From NCBI GenBank assembly GCA_051530055.1, contig CM121341.1, positions 16,966,784-17,030,783 on the forward strand: a DNA stretch of 64,000 nt. The letters are read 5' to 3'. The notes beneath the pieces are model-generated. The model made no database searches. It was given only the letters and a program-made list of their open reading frames with translations, and was not told the DNA's origin. Positions within the stretch are counted from its first letter, which is position 1; each line of letters starts with the position of its first letter. Origin of the DNA: Neoechinorhynchus agilis. Its lineage: Eukaryota > Animalia > Acanthocephala. Positions 11,427-25,500 of this stretch are shown piece by piece. Made by a program: the position numbers and the translations under genes.

Positions 11427-12493
11427 TTAATGAATCCGGTTGAAGCAACATGTCCGTATTTTGATCTTTTCTGAAGCACTGACAAACTTTAGAGCAAATC
11501 TCTTATTTATCTCATAAACCCTTCGTCGATAAGATGAGTTTGCGAGCGACAATGAATGAAACCACAGAGCTATTGAGAGGTTCGCTAGATAGGTAAACGC
11601 GGTCCTTAGCAGGCTTAAGCGATTTAAATAGTTAGAGTTTAGACTTGCATCGTAAATGAGAATTTTGACCGTTAAGAGGGGAAGCGTACACGAGAATCCG
11701 ATCAGACCACTATACATTGGGAACATTATTGGTTGTATTTTAGTTGGCAGCACTGACGACCAATGTTCTGATTGGTGGGAGTTTCGATAAATGATCAGTC
11801 GATAAAGGAAAGTCGTGCCAGATAGAACGAACGTAAGGAAGCACGTTGAAGTGAATATGGTAGCGATGAATAAGTCGTAAGGCAATTTAAGTGATTTCCA
11901 TCGCCATTCAAGTTTATAAAGACTCATTGTCTCCGAATTTATTGTAAGATTGTAAGGAACAATCTTAAGGATTCTTGCAATCTAATAAGATTTTTCGTAT
12001 GTCCAGAATAGATTGCACGATCCCTATAGCTTTGAAAGACGTAAAGATTAAAAGCGGAGCATAGAGCACAAATTCCACAGCACATCCATTTTGATATTCT
12101 TACAGAAGACGCCCGATTTGCCCCTTTAAAAGTAACCCAGAGCCTAATAGTGGCGAGGGAAAACGACAGGAGTCCACTTGCACAAAATGTGCTCTGATCG
12201 ATGAAAATGGCAATGAACGCCAACCATGCCAAAGAAAGTGAACCAATGCGAATCACGTCAGAAAGGAGAACAAGAAGGGCGCTGTTCAACAGGAATATGG
12301 ATGTCACGGCCGCAAGGCATCTCATATAGATGGCGAAGTAGAGGGCACGAAACCGCTTGTTTCCATGAATAACAAACGTTACAATGTTACCGTAAAGACC
12401 AAACAGAATTGCTATTGGATAAAAGACGAGGATTATCGTTTGAAATACGCTTAATTTATGCGAAGCGAATTGGCTTATCAAAGTAGCAGACAT
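11427..12493 (-). CDS. Rhodopsin-family-like 7TM receptor split by an apparent 1-nt frameshift
   Basis: TM1 FGLYGNIVTF and further hydrophobic segments. ORFs 11939-12493 and 11427-11927 overlap in different frames at ~11940-11985. Confidence 0.6.
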
Positions 12494-13171
12494 TTTGAAG
12501 CTTGTCGAGTCTTGTGCAATCGTCGCTACCGTACTCCAAAAGAAAAACTATTTAGACGAGTTAAAAGTTGTTAAACTGTCTCAAACTTTAACCCAAACCT
12601 TTTAACCATCAGCGATTTCCGTTACATGCCATATAAATTATTTCTTGGAAATATTGCTCCTTGCGTAAAAGTCTTTCATTTCGAGAAAAAACTGCACGGC
12701 TATTTAATCCTTTTACCACCAAAAAATTAGGATTAAATAACAAAATATTCGCACAATAAGACCTTTGAAAGTCTTAAGTGTTATTAAAATGCTTAAGAAC
12801 TTGGTACGGAAATCAGTTTTGAGCGGTTGACAGGAAACATTAGAAGCTAAAGAGACAAGATTGATTCCGGAAAGCAATTATAATAATTGGAAATTTCACA
12901 GACGTGTAACGTCCGCTAAACGCTATATATTCTGAGAAAAGCCATTCGTTGAGAATTTCTAGTTTTTTTTGCAAAAATTTGAAATTTTTAAGGCCAAAGT
13001 GAAGCAATAATAGTATCGATATTTAACCCATCTGTTTAATAATTGAATACTTAATAATTCTTTTTTGTGGTTTTAAATTATGAATTTTGATAACCAATGT
13101 CGCCTATAACTGAGAAAACAGTTGATATTTTAAGCTGATCAAAAACTACATAAAAATAAATTTGTTTTTAT

Positions 13172-13740
13172 TAAAGACGTTTCGATCTACATCGGGTTCA
13201 TCATCAGTTCTAAAAAATGAGAGATGAAGTGGTTCTTTTTTACATTGGCGGGTTAGATGTTAGGGGAAAGTATGTAACTTCGTCGATTCATCATGTCCGG
13301 TTTCTATTCGCTTTAAGTCAAAATTTGATCATAAATGATCGCGTTCGACGCTACCGCCCTCGGCATCTTGGACAGTTTATGTTCGGCCAATCTCGCCTTT
13401 ATATTCTGACCTGCTTTTCCGATGTAATTGCTGTTCCATTAGCTACAATAAACGGTATCTCCTAGTATTTCCCGGAAATGAGATTCCTTATCGTCGTGGA
13501 GGATCCAAAACAAAATTGGCATTTTATTGGCAGACCGCTGCTATTAATGTTCGGTACGCCAATTCGCAATTCCATTCGATGCTTCGAAAACGAGCTCCAG
13601 CGGTTAAAACTTATTTTCAGAAAGTCCAGATGTCCAGGAAATTCTGTTACTATAGCGCGTCCGAACGAAACGGCTGTGGGCACGAATGGAATGAACCTCT
13701 TGAATAAAATCTTCTCTACAGGGTGAAGGCCAAAGCTACA
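13172..13740 (-). mobile_element. Decayed Penelope-like 3' fragment with terminal family A hammerhead
   Basis: Minus strand reads YIGKAGQNIKARLAEHK (GIY-YIG). Downstream at 13210-13172: GAA-CUGAUGA-U-GAACC(cgaugu)AGAUC-GAAA-CGU-C-UUU-AATAAA. Confidence 0.75.
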
Positions 13741-14242
13741 AATTTAAGAAATTATCCCGTTGCCTCAAATATCGATAATCTAAAAATATGCTTAAGCGCA
13801 CCTATTTTTTGTATTTGCTAACGAAATTTGGTAAATCATCATTTGTACTTGCAATCTATTGATAAATTTATGATCAACGTTAGAAAGGTCACAACTTTCA
13901 AAATTATCAAGTTCGTCTAAGTAAAAATAGCATATATAGTTCTGTAACTTATTATGTTTTCTAACCTCTCTCTACTCGCCAATGTTTCGAAGAATCAAAT
14001 TTAGATTGTCTAATGGACAATGTGCATTGTGATAAGGATCATTGGGCTTTCAGTCCTAAACTATTATTATCGATATCGCTTGAGTCAAAATAAAAATTAA
14101 AAATTCAATGCACGACTAGTTCATATTAAGACGTCCGAACGTATCCAACGGTTTGGAAAAGAAGGCTCAGAGGGCCGCGAAGATAGAAGTTTGGAACTTA
14201 CCGACAAGATTAATAAAAATCTTCTTATCTCACAAAACTATA

Positions 14243-14932
14243 TCAATGCGATTCAGAAAGGTTTTTGCGGTTTTTGAGTTGTTCTTTGATCCTAGATTTA
14301 TAGAAAGCTACAACTTCCAATGGATACTTCATAGCAGCCGTTGTTGAATCCACGATCACAATATTTCCATCTTCTTCTCTCACGGCATATTGATTGCGAT
14401 CATCTTCGTGACTAATACCAAGTACTTCAATAATATGCTTATTGGAGTTCCGGTCTTGAATTGCCAAATCTTTACTCGGTGTTTCCTGAACTTGTATATT
14501 TAATGCGCTTAAAGAAGAACTTGTGATTCGTCTTTTTTGATTGCTTCTCAACGACCGCCTCACATTTGCACTTTTACAGATTGGAGCAATAGGAGATATT
14601 TTTTTCCTATTCGTAGTGCGTTTCGCTTCGAATTGATTAATAAGTTCTTCACAATTGCAGTTTTCAGAAGGCTCCCAAGTACTCTCATTCTTCGGATATC
14701 CTTTCCATTTCAACAAATACATCACTCGTCCAGACTTGATACGCTTGTCCAAAACACTTTCAACGACATAATGCCCACTAATTTCACTGCTGCACGAACT
14801 TTTGGCAGTTATTGGATCTGATGTGCCAATGTATTTTCGATTATCATCACGAGGTTGATTATTCTTCGTTGAAGAATTTTGCGATTCGTCGTAATGAACG
14901 ATACGTTTCGATCGTCTATTTGGCATCTTCAA
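14243..14932 (-). CDS. HP1/CBX-like chromo + chromoshadow protein, intronless
   Basis: [38 protein letters not shown]-terminal [17 protein letters not shown] is chromoshadow-like. Confidence 0.85.
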   Translation of the reverse strand: MKMPNRRSKRIVHYDESQNSSTKNNQPRDDNRKYIGTSDPITAKSSCSSEISGHYVVESVLDKRIKSGRVMYLLKWKGYPKNESTWEPSENCNCEELINQFEAKRTTNRKKISPIAPICKSANVRRSLRSNQKRRITSSSLSALNIQVQETPSKDLAIQDRNSNKHIIEVLGISHEDDRNQYAVREEDGNIVIVDSTTAAMKYPLEVVAFYKSRIKEQLKNRKNLSESH

Positions 14933-15163
14933 AGAGCTAGTAAAAATATTTGATCGTTTTTAAAATAATTCTAACTGATGTTCGATTTAACTGCGTTTAA
15001 AAATCATCGAAAATATGCTTTAATAATGATGTAAAAATTAAAATTGCTATTTTTGTGGATTTAAAATTTCGGATTTAAAAATATAGCCGTAGAGATGTCG
15101 ATATGTGAGGTACCGGGGAATGTGATTGGAATTATTGTTTAGGTTTACACCCGGTAAATGATT

Positions 15164-15280
15164 ATTTATTAAAGACGCTTCGAACCTCGTCGGGTTCATC
15201 AACAGTTTGTTTGTTAGTAAGCGTCTATTACTAGCAAACTGATGATGAAACCGACGAGGTTCGAAGCGTCTTTAATAAAT
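15164..15280. mobile_element. Hammerhead palindrome (family A)
   Basis: Inverted arms 15164-15208 and 15236-15280. Right arm reads CUGAUGA-U-GAAACC(gacga)GGUUC-GAAG-CGUC-UUU-AATAAA. Confidence 0.75.
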
Positions 15281-15395
15281 ATCCCGGATTTAAATTCACT
15301 AATTTATTTCCGATATGTCATTAGATGATTCCGACATTATTAAGGTTTGTAAGCAATTATCGGAAATAAATAAATGAACTTTAATCCGGGGTGAC
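15281..15395. mobile_element. Decayed hammerhead palindrome (family C)
   Basis: Left arm nearly identical to 29232-29296. Right arm ATCGGAAATAAATAAATGAACTTTAATCCGGG. Confidence 0.6.
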
Positions 15396-15434
15396 AGCCT
15401 GCCAAAAGAAAGCTTTATATGTGTTCTTTGGTGT

Positions 15435-15593
15435 TTATAAAAATTGAGACTGATTTATTGATCTCAATATTTCGTCCGCCTCGTCGGACTTCTTTAGCGC
15501 GTTCACAATTGAAGAAAACATACAAGCAACATGAAGAAGTCCGACGAGACGGACGAAATATTGAGATCAATAAACCAGTTTCTATTTTTATAA
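15435..15593. mobile_element. Hammerhead palindrome (family E)
   Basis: The arms give consensus CUGAAGA-A-GUCCG(acgagr)CGGAC-GAAA-UAU-U-GAGAUC-AATAAA. Each arm has one different core mutation. Confidence 0.7.
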
Positions 15594-16075
15594 ATTGAAT
15601 ACAATCCAAGATAAAATATATTTAAATCTTCTGAATGGATGATCGTTTTGACCAATTCTTGCATTTCCCTTGATGTATGGATAAAACAACGTAATAATGA
15701 ATGATATCATCCGATCATAATCTCCCGGATGAAACATGTTTTATTGAGATATTTCGTGAATAAGTGGACATACGGTCCAAGCTCTTCGGCAATGGTGATC
15801 ATCGGAAACCCGAGCCATTTTATTGAAAAGCGATCCAGAATTAGGATAAAAACATCTCCATTAAAAATATTGGAAATTGTAACGATATGGAAATCGTTGA
15901 ATTTTTTAAAAGGTTAAAAAATATAATTTCTGATAATTTTAGACAAGAAGGTAAAATCGCACAGAGTAAAAATGTACAATTAACAATGTGAACTAGCAGT
16001 TGACCAAAAAACGTCAATCTTCATCGAAAGAAACTAAAAGACCGATTTTCAATTGTTGTAATTTTTCTCAATAAA

Positions 16076-16200
16076 AACCTTGATAGAAAGATGCATGTTT
16101 ATGCCGAAATATCGAATTCAATAAATTACTTCAATTTTTCGGTCATAGGAAAAACATGAATAATTCAATCTTTAAACGATTTTCAATTATTGGTGAATTA
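16076..16200 (+). repeat. Decayed family B hammerhead/pLTR copy
   Basis: AACCTTGATAG...ATGCCGAAATATCGAATTCAATAAATTACTTCAA...CATGAATAATTCAATC. Confidence 0.6.
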
Positions 16201-16289
16201 ATTCAACTTCAGACAAGAAGGGACGTTCTTCTTTTCGACTTTATCGTCCTTCTTAATGATCTTCATTTATCAATCGTAGGCGATCCAAC

Positions 16290-17689
<1,400 letters not shown>

Positions 17690-18504
17690 CAGATTTTAAA
17701 TTTGAGGTTCAAATCGTCCGAAGTAAATTCGGTCGTAAGAAGATAAAATGTATTTAAAAGATTTATCTTCACTCACGGGAAGCCGTACTTTCTACGACTT
17801 CAATCTTCGTTTTTCAGTCTTATTTGCGCAGTTCACCTTTTGAATGAACGACGTTTCTTCAACAGAATACGATCCCGAAACAATGAAATGAGCTCATCTG
17901 AGTGCTCACGCTATTTCCGTTTTTCGCATTTTTGAAATGTTTATATTTAACTTGGAGTCGCCCGTTTTGCCACCCATATTTTTGCAAAGTTAGAGTACGG
18001 AAATTATACAATGGAATTTTTGCTGAAACTAGTTACACCAATATTCGAACCATGGTCACTGACCGTAGATGTCATTCACTCATTTGGATCAGATCTTATC
18101 GACTTTTTTCACGCCGTCATGGAGGACACGGCTGCAGCTTTTAACGACACTTGGCAGAGGTTTACGATGGCCTAATCGAAGTTCGATTTACTGATCATTT
18201 AATATTTGTTTGTGTTTAAATGTCCGTGAGATTTCGGTTCGAAAACGTAGATGATTTTACATGGAAATGATTTCACACCACGATTCGTCCAATTTTTAGT
18301 TGGCTGTAGTTGCTCCAAATAATCATTATCTTTGTTCGATTTGGACTTTAGAGCAGCGCATAATAATGATTTAACTTTAAGTGAAGCATTCTTTAAAAGC
18401 TTTATGACTGAGCAATAATTAAATACGTCTTCAGTAAAGCCAGAATGTGCTTTAGAAAATATTTATTATAAATATATTTTTAAGGTTTGCATCTGGCGTA
18501 AAAA

Positions 18505-18625
18505 TTAAAAGAATTTATTGCTTTCAATATTTCGGCACAATCTTGTGCCTGCAAACAACCTTGATAAAGGCACAATTCTATGCCGAAATATTGGAATGAA
18601 TAAATGCATTTAATTTTTAGGCCAG
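18505..18625. mobile_element. Family B hammerhead palindrome (left arm truncated in stem II)
   Basis: AATATTTCGGCACAATCTTGTGCCT on the left. AACCTTGATAAAGGCACAATTCTATGCCGAAATATTGG on the right. Confidence 0.7.
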
Positions 18626-19044
18626 GTACAAACAAATATATTTTTGTGCTTATTGACAAAACAGGCTTCCGCTTGCTTTTCCCTGCCTTTTAAACCTTCC
18701 ATTGTTTCTGAATCGATTGGAGCACCTTAAAATATTTTTAGAATTAAATGCATCAATACTTCCATAATTCACCAGATCACCTTCAAGCTGCATACAATTG
18801 AAGTTGTGAACCAAAAATAAAGGCTCCAATTTAAAATCAAAATTTCGTGTAAAATTAACCAACCCAAAGCATTATAATAAGTCAAGTGATGTAAAAGATG
18901 GATTTTAAGTACACTTTAAGCAAGTTCCATTTTTCTCTGTAATGTTTACGCAGTTCGCCTGTCAAACGAACGACAATTCCACCTTTTGAAAATAACCTGA
19001 AACGTAAAAGTAAACTCAGCTCACGTTAATATTCAAATAGGATT

Positions 19045-22000
19045 CACCCATCTTTCACATCGGTCTCACTCATTTAAATCAGATTTAATAGATTTTCTTC
19101 ATAAAGTTATGGAAGTCAGCGCCAAGGCGTTCAAAAAATGTGGGACGATGATCTGAAGCCATTTTAGGCTGACCAAAATCTAGATCTTAAACGCCAAAGG
19201 TATCAATTGAATAATAATCAAATGAAAGACCGACGACTTGCTTTAAACCGCTGCAGTTCGCGATAAAATTCATGACTTGATTTCAAGTCATATTATACTT
19301 TTACGATGAAAAGATACCTTAAAGTATCATTCACGAATTTTAGTTAAGAATGTTTTCCAATGCACCACCTACTTAGAGCGTAAAAAAACGAAATCATGAC
19401 AAGTGAAAATAACTGAATTTCCGAACTTAGAAAATTCGTCCACTGGTATTCGAATCTATAACATTTTTAAAAGCGCAACGCAATTTCTGCAAAATCTCGA
19501 GAACTCCGGTGCGCTTAAAAGAGAAATCATTTTTAGACATAATAATACATATTCGCATTTTGCCATTTAGAAAAATCAAAGTTTATTTTTGTCTTTGGAA
19601 TAACATTACAAATGCTAACTGTCTCTGCGTTTAATCTTCCAAATAAAAAACTACTTTTTCTTTGCAGAAAAGGATGTTTTTATTGTTGTGGATAAATCCC
19701 CAATGCTAAAACTCGTTATTTATAAAATAATCAACGAAAAGAAACAATGGGAAGTTTTGTCAATAAATCGTTTTATTTTTCGTTTTCCAAGTATAGTAGA
19801 ACTACTTTTTGTTGCAAATGAATTTTACGTTCCTTACCGGTTTTGTAGATTCTGTTCTACAATTTTCCATTCATTTTTCGCATTAATTTTTATTGTTAAA
19901 ATTGTTAATAATGGTTACGTGGATTTAAAGGAAACACGATTTTTTTGTCTTAGAGTTTATTGAACCGGTTTTAGGGATCACTGTACGAATATATTTAAAC
20001 ATTGTCGTATTATCTGGGTGCAATGATTGTGAAATAATCTTTGCATCGAAAATTGAGGTTTTCTATTAATTTTTTAACAATTTAATGCAGATATATATAT
20101 TGAATCAATACAATTCGAAGCTTAACTGCGGCGAAAAGAATTGTTTTTATAAATGGACAATTCTTTGCGCTAAAATTTGTCGATGCCGTCATTTTAAGTT
20201 TGAATTGGATAAAAACGCATTTAGAACAAACCACGCGCTATTTTCTAAAAATAAAAAGGAATCTGTCGATACGCGAGATACCGGATTAATTGATTGAATT
20301 TGGTTTTTTCATTCAGAATATTCGCTATGTAAGTGGGAATTAAGCTGAAGGTCACCCTCCAGCTTTTAAAGATTGAATCCATTGCTCCGATGAAGCCTCA
20401 CAGCCCTAGTTCTAAACTAATCTTGCGAAATACTATTGTCAGCCGCATGATTGATCAAGTTTTGCTTTCGAAAATTTTTTTTAGCATTTTCGAGCCTCCG
20501 CCGTCTTACGGCTTAGGTTCAGGAATTTTTTAATTGTTTTATTTCCACAATCTCAAGTTCCCTTGACTCGTTGTTATTTAGGTCGCTTATCAACATCCAC
20601 GAGGGATTATTGAAGAAGAATGTACACTTCGACTAATTGAGTCAGTCATTTTATCAATTCGCTTGTTTTTGCTAAGGAAAATACAAGAAACCCCGTGATT
20701 TTCCCGAAAGAAGTTTCAAATCGCGTGTATAACTGAAATATTTTCAAGGATCAAAAGAGTTTCTGACGAGTGCAGTTCTTTTTCCTAGTGCTACATTTCC
20801 TTTAAAATCTTAAATTGAGACCAAAAGCTGATGATCCGAGAACAGGGACATTCCTCCTTAAAACATTAGGCTGGTTGTGCAACGGGGGGGAGCGCTGCAT
20901 CCGACCTATTGACCATTACAAAATGGACGGCAAAACGGCGATTTAATGATTAAAATAAACGCCAATAACGCATGAAACTACATTCCCGTCATTTTGAAAC
21001 ATTCAGATGAGCTCTTGCGTGTTCTACAAATTCCGAAGCGACCTCAATTACGAGTCCTTGACATTTGAAGGGATCTCGATGACCGTTGGAGAATTTAAGA
21101 ACACTTTAATGAAAAAGATAGGAATGCTCAAGCACGCCTCCGATTTTGAACTCGTCTTAACAGACGCGCAGACGAACGAAGGTACTTTTTGAGATTTCAT
21201 CTTTAAATAATAAAAAATCACTTTTTAGTGTACAAATACGGTAATCAGAAAATCCCGAAAAACTCTTGTATAATCCTAGCTAGAGTTCCATCTTACGGTG
21301 CCTCTCATTTGCCAATGAACTGTGAAGAAGAAAACGGACCCGGTGTTGCCGAAATCCTCGCTGCTGCCATTAAAGATCCTTATGAACTTAAACGAATCCA
21401 GGAACCACCCCCGAAAAGAGTTATTATAAAGCGACCGCGATTTGTTCCATTGGCCGGTCTTCACTTCATCAAGTGCAAAATATGTAATAAACTGATGTTG
21501 GACCCCGTGCAAACCCATTGTTGCCACGCCAACTATTGCGATTCATGTCTTGAACGATTGGAGAATTGCCCCGTTTGTGGAAAAGAGGAAATGGGACCAT
21601 TTATTCCTAATCAGTTTTTAAGGCTAAAAATAAAGAATTTATACGCGATTTTAGAAGACAAGGAAGGGAACAAACAACTGCTCAAGAAAATCGATCCAAT
21701 ACTGGAGAAACTGCTAGAAGATGAAAAAAGCTTTAAATGCGTCTTCAAGGCTAATCTTTCTGTTGTTCTGAATGAAATCGAAATACCTGTTGGCAAGAAT
21801 CGAAAACGGTCACGACCTCCATTATTGTCAGAAGAAGAGTTCAATGTTATTAAACGAACTAAATGTGAGTTGCAATGGAAAGTAAATGACCACTTACAGT
21901 GGATGTTGTGATTTTCATACAATACGTCGATTATGTCGAAAAATAAATCTATAGCTCTAGATGATTTTGCAACTTGTCAAGGACATTATAAAAAAATTAA

Positions 22001-24237
22001 GTGGTATTTTACATGAATATGTGATGGAAGATTAAAATCGTTTATCTAGATATCCACAGCATTCGATTTTTAATTGAATATACTTTATTAAAGATCCCAC
22101 GGTATTTTAAAAACTTGAAGTTTTTTGGTCTACGTTTTTATCTAATGAGTGGTTCGGAAAATCCCAATGGAGATATCTTCTCAATAGATTCTTATAAAAT
22201 ACGGATTCAATACAAGGATTATAATATTTAGACGAGAATATATTTTGAATTTAATAATAAAATATCAAGCCCATCTCCTATGCTTCAGATTTATATATCC
22301 TTATCAATATTGTCACGTTCTTCTTTTAAACGTTTGGTCTTAAACCCGCTATGTTGATATTTGTCCAAATTAGTTTCAGGGTCCTCATACTCTAGGCTTG
22401 AACAAAAAACATCATAGACGCGCTGTTGATTAAGTCCTTTGATGTTACCAAAGCATTGGTCAAGAAAATCGAAATCGTTTTGATTTAACATTTTTTTAAG
22501 CGGATATTTACTAAATTTCCTTATACGAACAACGGAAATATCGTTCTCATCGTCTCTAAGCGCATTCACTTTCCGAGACGGCATTGGAAGAAGACCAGAA
22601 CGCTGAGCGTACAAGAGTCTTTGTCTTAGATGATCAAAACTAAATGATAGTGCATTAGATTTCGATATCTCGTCAATACTATAACCAATTACATAATAGA
22701 TTGATCAGGGAAGCTATAAGTGATCGAAAAGTATCTAGTGGCTATCGAAAATATTTGTTTTGGGAACTAAATAAATTGTCATGAGAGATCAGGGAATTTG
22801 AATAATAATAACAATAAAACGCCCAGATATCAATTCAATGGGTTAAAATCATTTAAAAAAGTAGAAGGAATATAATTATAAATTTTTCCCACATTGTAAA
22901 AAATAGATGGACTTTCGGTCCTTATTTTACTTTGTTTTAGTCAATTTAGAAATACTTTTGATATTTCGTAAACTTTGTATAAAATTTGCAACTGTGTAAA
23001 ATATCGAAAAAATCTAGGATAATATTAAACTAAATTTTACCATACTTCCACTTCTATGAATTTTGCTCAAGACAAAATAAAAATATTCAGCCAAAGCGTA
23101 TTTAAACAATGAAGATAAAATTGTGATTTGAATAATAAACATTATATAGGAAACGTTAAGTGCTTCAGTGCTCTTAGCATGAACAAATCCTTCAAATTCA
23201 TATCGGTTCCAATGACAAATACCTTTGAAAAGCAAAGATCTGACCGAAAAATTCGCTTCCACTGTTCAAACTAGCTCACGAATCTTAAGATGAGCAATCA
23301 TTACTTTTCTGCGAGATACCGACGCAATGATTTTTCATAAAATTAAAATAGAAAATGAATCTTTAACTCTAGAATTATAGGATCATTTCCTACGACAGTT
23401 CCATCTAATAGATTTTCCAATTGGCGAGAATTGAACAAACTCGACAGCAACGCAATGTTCACGTTAGCATACTTTTTCCACTGTTCCATCTCTTCAGCTC
23501 CTCTTGAAGGATGAATAAGCTCAAGCCAAGTTAGAGGCGGCTTTATCAAAATTTGTCGTATTTGATTAAGAGAAAGTCCACTTTGTTTCAAATGCTCGCT
23601 CATTTCAACCAACTGTCTCGGTTCACATCTTTGGCTTAATTTCGAAAAGTGATTATCCGTCAATGCAAATTGCGATTTAAGATATTCATTTTCGTTTACT
23701 GCTACATTGGTGCATTGTGCGACGAAGCGGTGTAACACTTTATGATTTAGACATCGAATCAGGAGCGACATTCTAGAAAAAAAGAACAATATTTCTTGAG
23801 ATTTAGTAGAGAATGCGATCGCTTTTATTCGTCAAACAATTGCACAATAAAATCGATACTATCTGAGCTCGAGCTGGATGATTCATCGTGGACAATATCG
23901 ATTTCAGTGCGATACTTAAGATTTTCCAATGCTCCTTTGAGCATCCCAGCAATAAATTTCCAATGCAAAACACCGCCAATGGACATGGTTGTGCCCATTG
24001 TCCGCATTAACGAAAGTTGATCAAAGCGGATATGGAATCGGTGGTTGTCCGCCGACCAATCGAATGTTTTGACCACAGTGTTTAAGTAAAAAACAAATGC
24101 TGACTCTATAGAAGAACCCAGTTGTTCTTTGAGGTTTTTACAATCACCGCATGGATGATGAGCTATAAAATCATGAATTATGTAGCGATCATCCGAATGT
24201 CTATCAAAAAAAGATGATCGCTAAGTGAAATGATTGC
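19045..24237. repeat. Segmental duplication copy 2
   Basis: Same ORFs as 1-5194 with identical translations in the ORF track. Confidence 0.97.
21007..21911 (+). CDS. RBBP6: RBBP6/Mpe1-like protein, duplicate copy
   Basis: Identical translation to 1964-2868. Intron 21182-21228. Confidence 0.85.
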
Positions 24238-24421
24238 CCATTCCACGGCCAATCTTCTCGAGTTTTTCGTTTACAACTTCAAAATTTCCGTCGTATTTTT
24301 TGAGGAGGTGGCTAACGAGCGATCCATACGTGAGCATAAAGAGCTCTTGACTGATTTTTGTATCATGAATCTCCTCAAATGAAACGGTTCCCACGATTTC
24401 TTTTCGGTTGGATGAATCCAT
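23825..24421 (-). CDS. TRAPPC3: TRAPPC3/BET3-like TRAPP subunit, with an in-frame TAG at 24221-24223
   Basis: ISQELFMLTYGSLVSHLLKKYD..VNEKLEKIG, IHDFIA..SAFVFYL..DWS and AGMLKGALE match BET3 motifs SELFTLTYGALV / IEDFLA / CGVLRGALE. Confidence 0.8.
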
Positions 24422-25314
24422 CTTTAAATTTAATTGGAAATAATGCCACCGGTTTAGATCACTTTTGAAAACAAGAAGCTGACGACCATTGACTCAGTTA
24501 AAATGCTCGGTTAATTAAGACGCGATCGAAATGACTTTGAATCGGCAAAATCATTAAGGATGTCATAGATCGAAATTGAGCGAAGTGTTCTCAGGACCGA
24601 AGGAAAAAATTCGATGTTTTGTGCTATAAAAATGGGCTGCAAAATATGCATTCTAATTTCCAAATTAAATGACGGCTTAAAAGAACGACTACAGACGAAA
24701 ATAACAGAATTGAAGTATTGACCCCTGAAATTTAGAAACTCATCTGGTTTTAGAAAAAGATCCCTCTATTCGTCAAGGAACGGAAATCGACCTCCTGAAC
24801 AAAGAAACGATTACGATAAAGAAATGGCTCACAAAGTCGAATATTGAACTGGAAACAAAAATACGGGTTCTTTCGTTTACCCTCTAACTCACGATGGATT
24901 TCCGGATTTGAACATTCTAAGTTCCGATCGATTGATCTTTAAGTAATACTTTAGTCGTTTATTGCAGCATTTTGACATATTCTGTCAAATTACAAACATT
25001 TTATTTGCTATGGGGATTACGGAATTTAAGCCTTAAACTTTTGAACCTTATTTAATAGCATGAAGGAGATCGAAAATGTTTGATAAATTAAACGGAAAAT
25101 CGTGATTTTTTTATGCTTTATTTCCATTTTCCGTCAAAATAGTGCACATATTGATTTAAGGAGTGAATGTTTTTATTTTAAAATGCTTAACAATCTTAAG
25201 ACTTTGAAATTTGTCTCATGATTAAAGCCACAATGTGCAGTTTGGTGTATTTTAACATTAACTGAGATCATTAATTTTTCCTGGATTATTGCATTCGGGG
25301 GAAAGATACTCACT

Positions 25315-25500
25315 CTTTTTCTTAGTTTTGCCCTCCCTGATTAATAAGTTCACTGATTCATTTCCGATATTTCACAAAGTTTGCTATTGTAAAAGTGTTC
25401 AAATGCGGATAAAACACTTTTACAATGATGACAAACCTTCTGAAATATCGAAAATAAATCAGTGAATTTATTAATCCGGGACAGCAAAACTAAGAAAAAG
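25315..25500. mobile_element. Decayed family C palindrome
   Basis: Inverted arms CTTTTTCTTAGTTTTG..TTCCGATATTTCA / TGAAATATCGAAAATAAATCAGTGAATT..CAAAACTAAGAAAAAG. Same left flank (CGGGGGAAAGATACT) as the 29.2-kb copy. Confidence 0.65.
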
